Shown here: positions 61,350 through 64,000 of the stretch, piece after piece
Layout: each line of letters opens with the position of its first letter
Numbering within the stretch: position 1 is the stretch's first letter
Translations under genes and position numbers: made by a program
Notes under the pieces: generated by a model
Database searches by the model: none
What the model was told of the DNA's origin: nothing
The model's input: the letters and a program-made list of their open reading frames with translations, nothing else
NCBI GenBank assembly: GCA_040285855.1
Contig: JAUFOQ010000013.1
Coordinates: forward strand, 1,302,001-1,366,000
Source of the DNA: Eukaryota sp. GEM-RC1
Taxonomy: Eukaryota
Reading direction: 5' to 3'
Length of the DNA stretch: 64,000 bases

Positions 61350-62750
61350 GCCACCTTTAAATTTGTACAATGATTTTAAAACTGAGTTTAAATCCAGGCA
61401 GTGAAATGGACCAAAAGAGGACGTTTTGCACCATCTCTTAAACCATCTGGGTCCATATGGAGTATATCCGTCAAATTGAAAATTAACATCAATCATCAAA
61501 TGGTTGCATCTTGAAATCAAAAAGGGAAAAGTGAACTTGTCACAGTTATATCCAATCAAAAGCTGTGGACGCATAGCTTTTAGGAATTCAATCAGATTAA
61601 TCAGCATCAATGTTTCTGAACTAAAACCGCTGATAGAACAGTCTTGAATATATAGTTCATTGCAACCCCAAGTAAAGAGATAAGTGTCGCCTTGACACCC
61701 AAGAGACGAGCAAAATTCCATTGATACAGAAACAATGGAATCGTTACTTCCATCATAGGAAAACTCGTGTATTAGGTCTTTCACTTGTGGCCCTTGACAG
61801 TCTTCATCATCACTGTCATGTTCCTCAGCGACCTCTGGATTGAGGCGATGGTCTTCAGAGATAATAGCTCTGATTTCCATAAAGCAAAATAATTTATACA
61901 ATGTCTGGATGTTTTGTGCTTTCAATGGAGTTGGAGACATAGTTGGGAAATACACCACATCCGAAAATAAAATACACAAAAATACAAAAAATACAAAAAT
62001 ACACTAAAATACAAAAAAATACAAATTTCTAACATAATTATATTTTGGTATTTGCATTTGTTGAAATATTAGAAATACCGCTCAATATCAACATTTAATG
62101 TCACTTTCGGCTAATCCTGAGACATGATCAGATTCTACATTCTGATTTACCACTCACATTGAGTGTTTACATTTTGCAAAGCGTATCTGGAACTTTCATC
62201 TCAAATTTGGTGTCGTTGATTACGTATTTTGATCACGTCTCAACTATAACACAATCTTAATTAATTAGTCCGTCTATTTTACGACCAATTCAAAGGTACT
62301 GGGCACAACCAAAATGTGTTTTACAGAAGAATACTATGAATGTTGTGTTTGTTAAGTAGATTCATAACTTAATGTTACTGATTTATGGACTGATTAGTTG
62401 TTCTGATAACTGAAACATGCAAATTCGTGGCATATGACCACTTGCATAGTCAAAATTGGCTTTCTGGAAAAAATACAAAAAATACAAAATTAACACTTAA
62501 AACCGAATTCAAAAAATACAGAAAAATACAAAAAATACAAATAATACAAAAAGTGTATTTCCCAACTATGGTCGGAGATAGTTCCATTGAAAGGCGTTTC
62601 ACACCTCTCATTGGATGAGGAGAAACAGGGCCTCTAGCGCAGTTCACTGACGGAAAGGGATTCATGAAACCAAGAATAGTCGGTGTCAGTAATGTGATTG
62701 ATTTGTTCTTACTTTCCCCTCCATTGGATTCAGTTTCGTGATTTATAGTT
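61350..62750 (-). pseudogene. Family-B DNA polymerase 3'-5' exonuclease-like domain relic, disrupted by two transposon insertions
   Basis: FSSETLMLINLIEFLKAMRPQLLIGYNCDKFTFPFLISRC (ExoII region) and HCLDLNSVLK. Removing 61938-62570 plus one TSD restores the frame RLSMELSPT|PLKAQ. Confidence 0.7.
61938..62570. mobile_element. Non-autonomous DNA transposon (633 bp) with 18-bp perfect TIR and 8-bp TSD (hAT/P-type)
   Basis: catagttgggaaatacac...gtgtatttcccaactatg. Flanks gttggaga/gtcggaga (7/8 match). AAAATAC subterminal arrays at both ends. Confidence 0.92.
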
Positions 62751-63424
62751 CAATTTGATTTTGGAATGCAGTTTGTTTTCCTTCATACTAATACTACAGT
62801 AAAACTTCTTCTAGTTCTTACACCCCTTTTCTTCTTGTTTTCTTCTTGTTATACCTTGTTGTACCTTGACTGTCTTTATAACTTTGTGTACTTTCAAGTA
62901 CATTCTTGAAGCATCTGTCATAAATAAGCCACCTGCTGATGACTGAAACTACTATTAATGTCTACCAAACACTTTTTCTTATTCAAGTTGAAGATCTTCT
63001 CAATTCACTTGAACATATCTTCTCAAAATTAACAACCCTGGCCATTCGTCACTCTCGCTGCTTTCCATAAAATACAGACCAAAATTCCGTAATGTTCCTC
63101 CTGACTTCTCCTTCCGTTTCTTCTTCTTAGTTCATGTAGCTTATGTTTGAATCTCTTTCTCCCTCCGTGTTCACATCTCTTCCTCTCCTATAATATATAT
63201 AGTATAAAACACAGTAATTAGGTCTTTTTATTTCGAATCGTCCATAAACACTAAGCTAGAGGCATCTGATGTTCTGGTGGCGGTGAAATTTTTTGAACAC
63301 CAACTAGAAAACTAGAATGCAACCAAAATGAAAACCCCATGACATTTTTCTAGTTATTTTTCTTCTGTTCACATTGAAGTCATTTATCTCCTTTGATTCA
63401 CTTTTTCCACTATTCCATTAAATC

Positions 63425-64000
63425 ATGAATAAAAATGACGAAGTCGTTGCTTTTGAAACTGTTGTTGATGAACATCTTGATCTCGATCGTGTTGCCAGTG
63501 TAACTTCTCTCTTAATCTACATCTTATTCCTTTTTGTTTTCTGTATCGCTTTTTTCCTACAACGTCCTTCTGCCTCTTCCTATTTCTTCACTGATGGACT
63601 CCGTGACATCCTTCTAAAAACTGAAATTGATTTCAACCTCGAACCTCATCCAAAGGTTTTCTACGAACTCTACACTGTTACTGACATTTGGAACTACCTC
63701 AGGTCAGTCTTCGTCAATACTGTTTTCGTCGATACCTTTCCCAACGGCGATCCCTTACCACACAATAAAACTTACAGATATGTTCACAACTATAACAGAC
63801 TAATTGGCCCAGCCAGACTACGTACAATGCGAGTAGTTCCAGATTCTTGTCCCATTCCTAAACAATTCCACTCAATGTTCGACCATTGTTTTGATGATCT
63901 TCTGCCAGAAAATGAGGAGACTCAATGCTTCGGTCCAGAGTGTATGTGGACTTGGAATAGTACTCGTGAGCTCGATGGATATTCCTTTCTGGGGTTTCTA
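63425..64000 (+). CDS. PKD2: Polycystin-2 (PKD2/TRPP)-like cation channel, 5' part; runs off the window end
   Basis: TM1 LLIYILFLFVFCIAFF. TOP-domain motifs VTDIWNYL and YNRLIGPARLRTMRVVPDSCPIPKQF...CF...ENEE...FGP. Confidence 0.85.
   Translation, partial: MNKNDEVVAFETVVDEHLDLDRVASVTSLLIYILFLFVFCIAFFLQRPSASSYFFTDGLRDILLKTEIDFNLEPHPKVFYELYTVTDIWNYLRSVFVNTVFVDTFPNGDPLPHNKTYRYVHNYNRLIGPARLRTMRVVPDSCPIPKQFHSMFDHCFDDLLPENEETQCFGPECMWTWNSTRELDGYSFLGFL

Noticed and set aside
1..64000. tRNA, rRNA or telomeric repeats
   Set aside because: None were recognisable by eye. A covariance-model scan would be needed to exclude small ncRNAs.

Overview
This is eukaryotic nuclear DNA from a gene-dense protist genome that uses the standard genetic code. 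It has tiny 29-33 nt GT-AG introns, and most reading-frame breaks fall in homopolymer runs, which points to long-read assembly errors. The intron size and the BTB/LRR/kinase family expansions resemble a free-living metamonad, but that assignment is inference only. Housekeeping islands (Rpt3, PP5, PP2C, cyclin, Sec5, V-ATPase A, AP-4 sigma, RP9, P5CR, eIF3i, PKD2-like) alternate with AT-rich transposon graveyards. These contain several MITE families with 8-bp target-site duplications (TSDs), a hAT transposase remnant, about 9 fragments of an RLE-type (CRE-like) non-LTR retrotransposon, and relics of a RecD-like helicase and a family-B polymerase exonuclease domain. The most notable locus is 43.9-55.3 kb. 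It holds three paralogous RING-kinase genes with swapped C-terminal modules (two with tandem ubiquitin-like domains, one with 21 near-identical Sel1 repeats). Two of the three are pseudokinases, and they lie next to an NYN-LOTUS RNase, making this a candidate modular immune-sensor locus. A BTB-BTB/eIF4G (MIF4G+MA3) chimeric gene at 15.6-19.2 kb is also notable.
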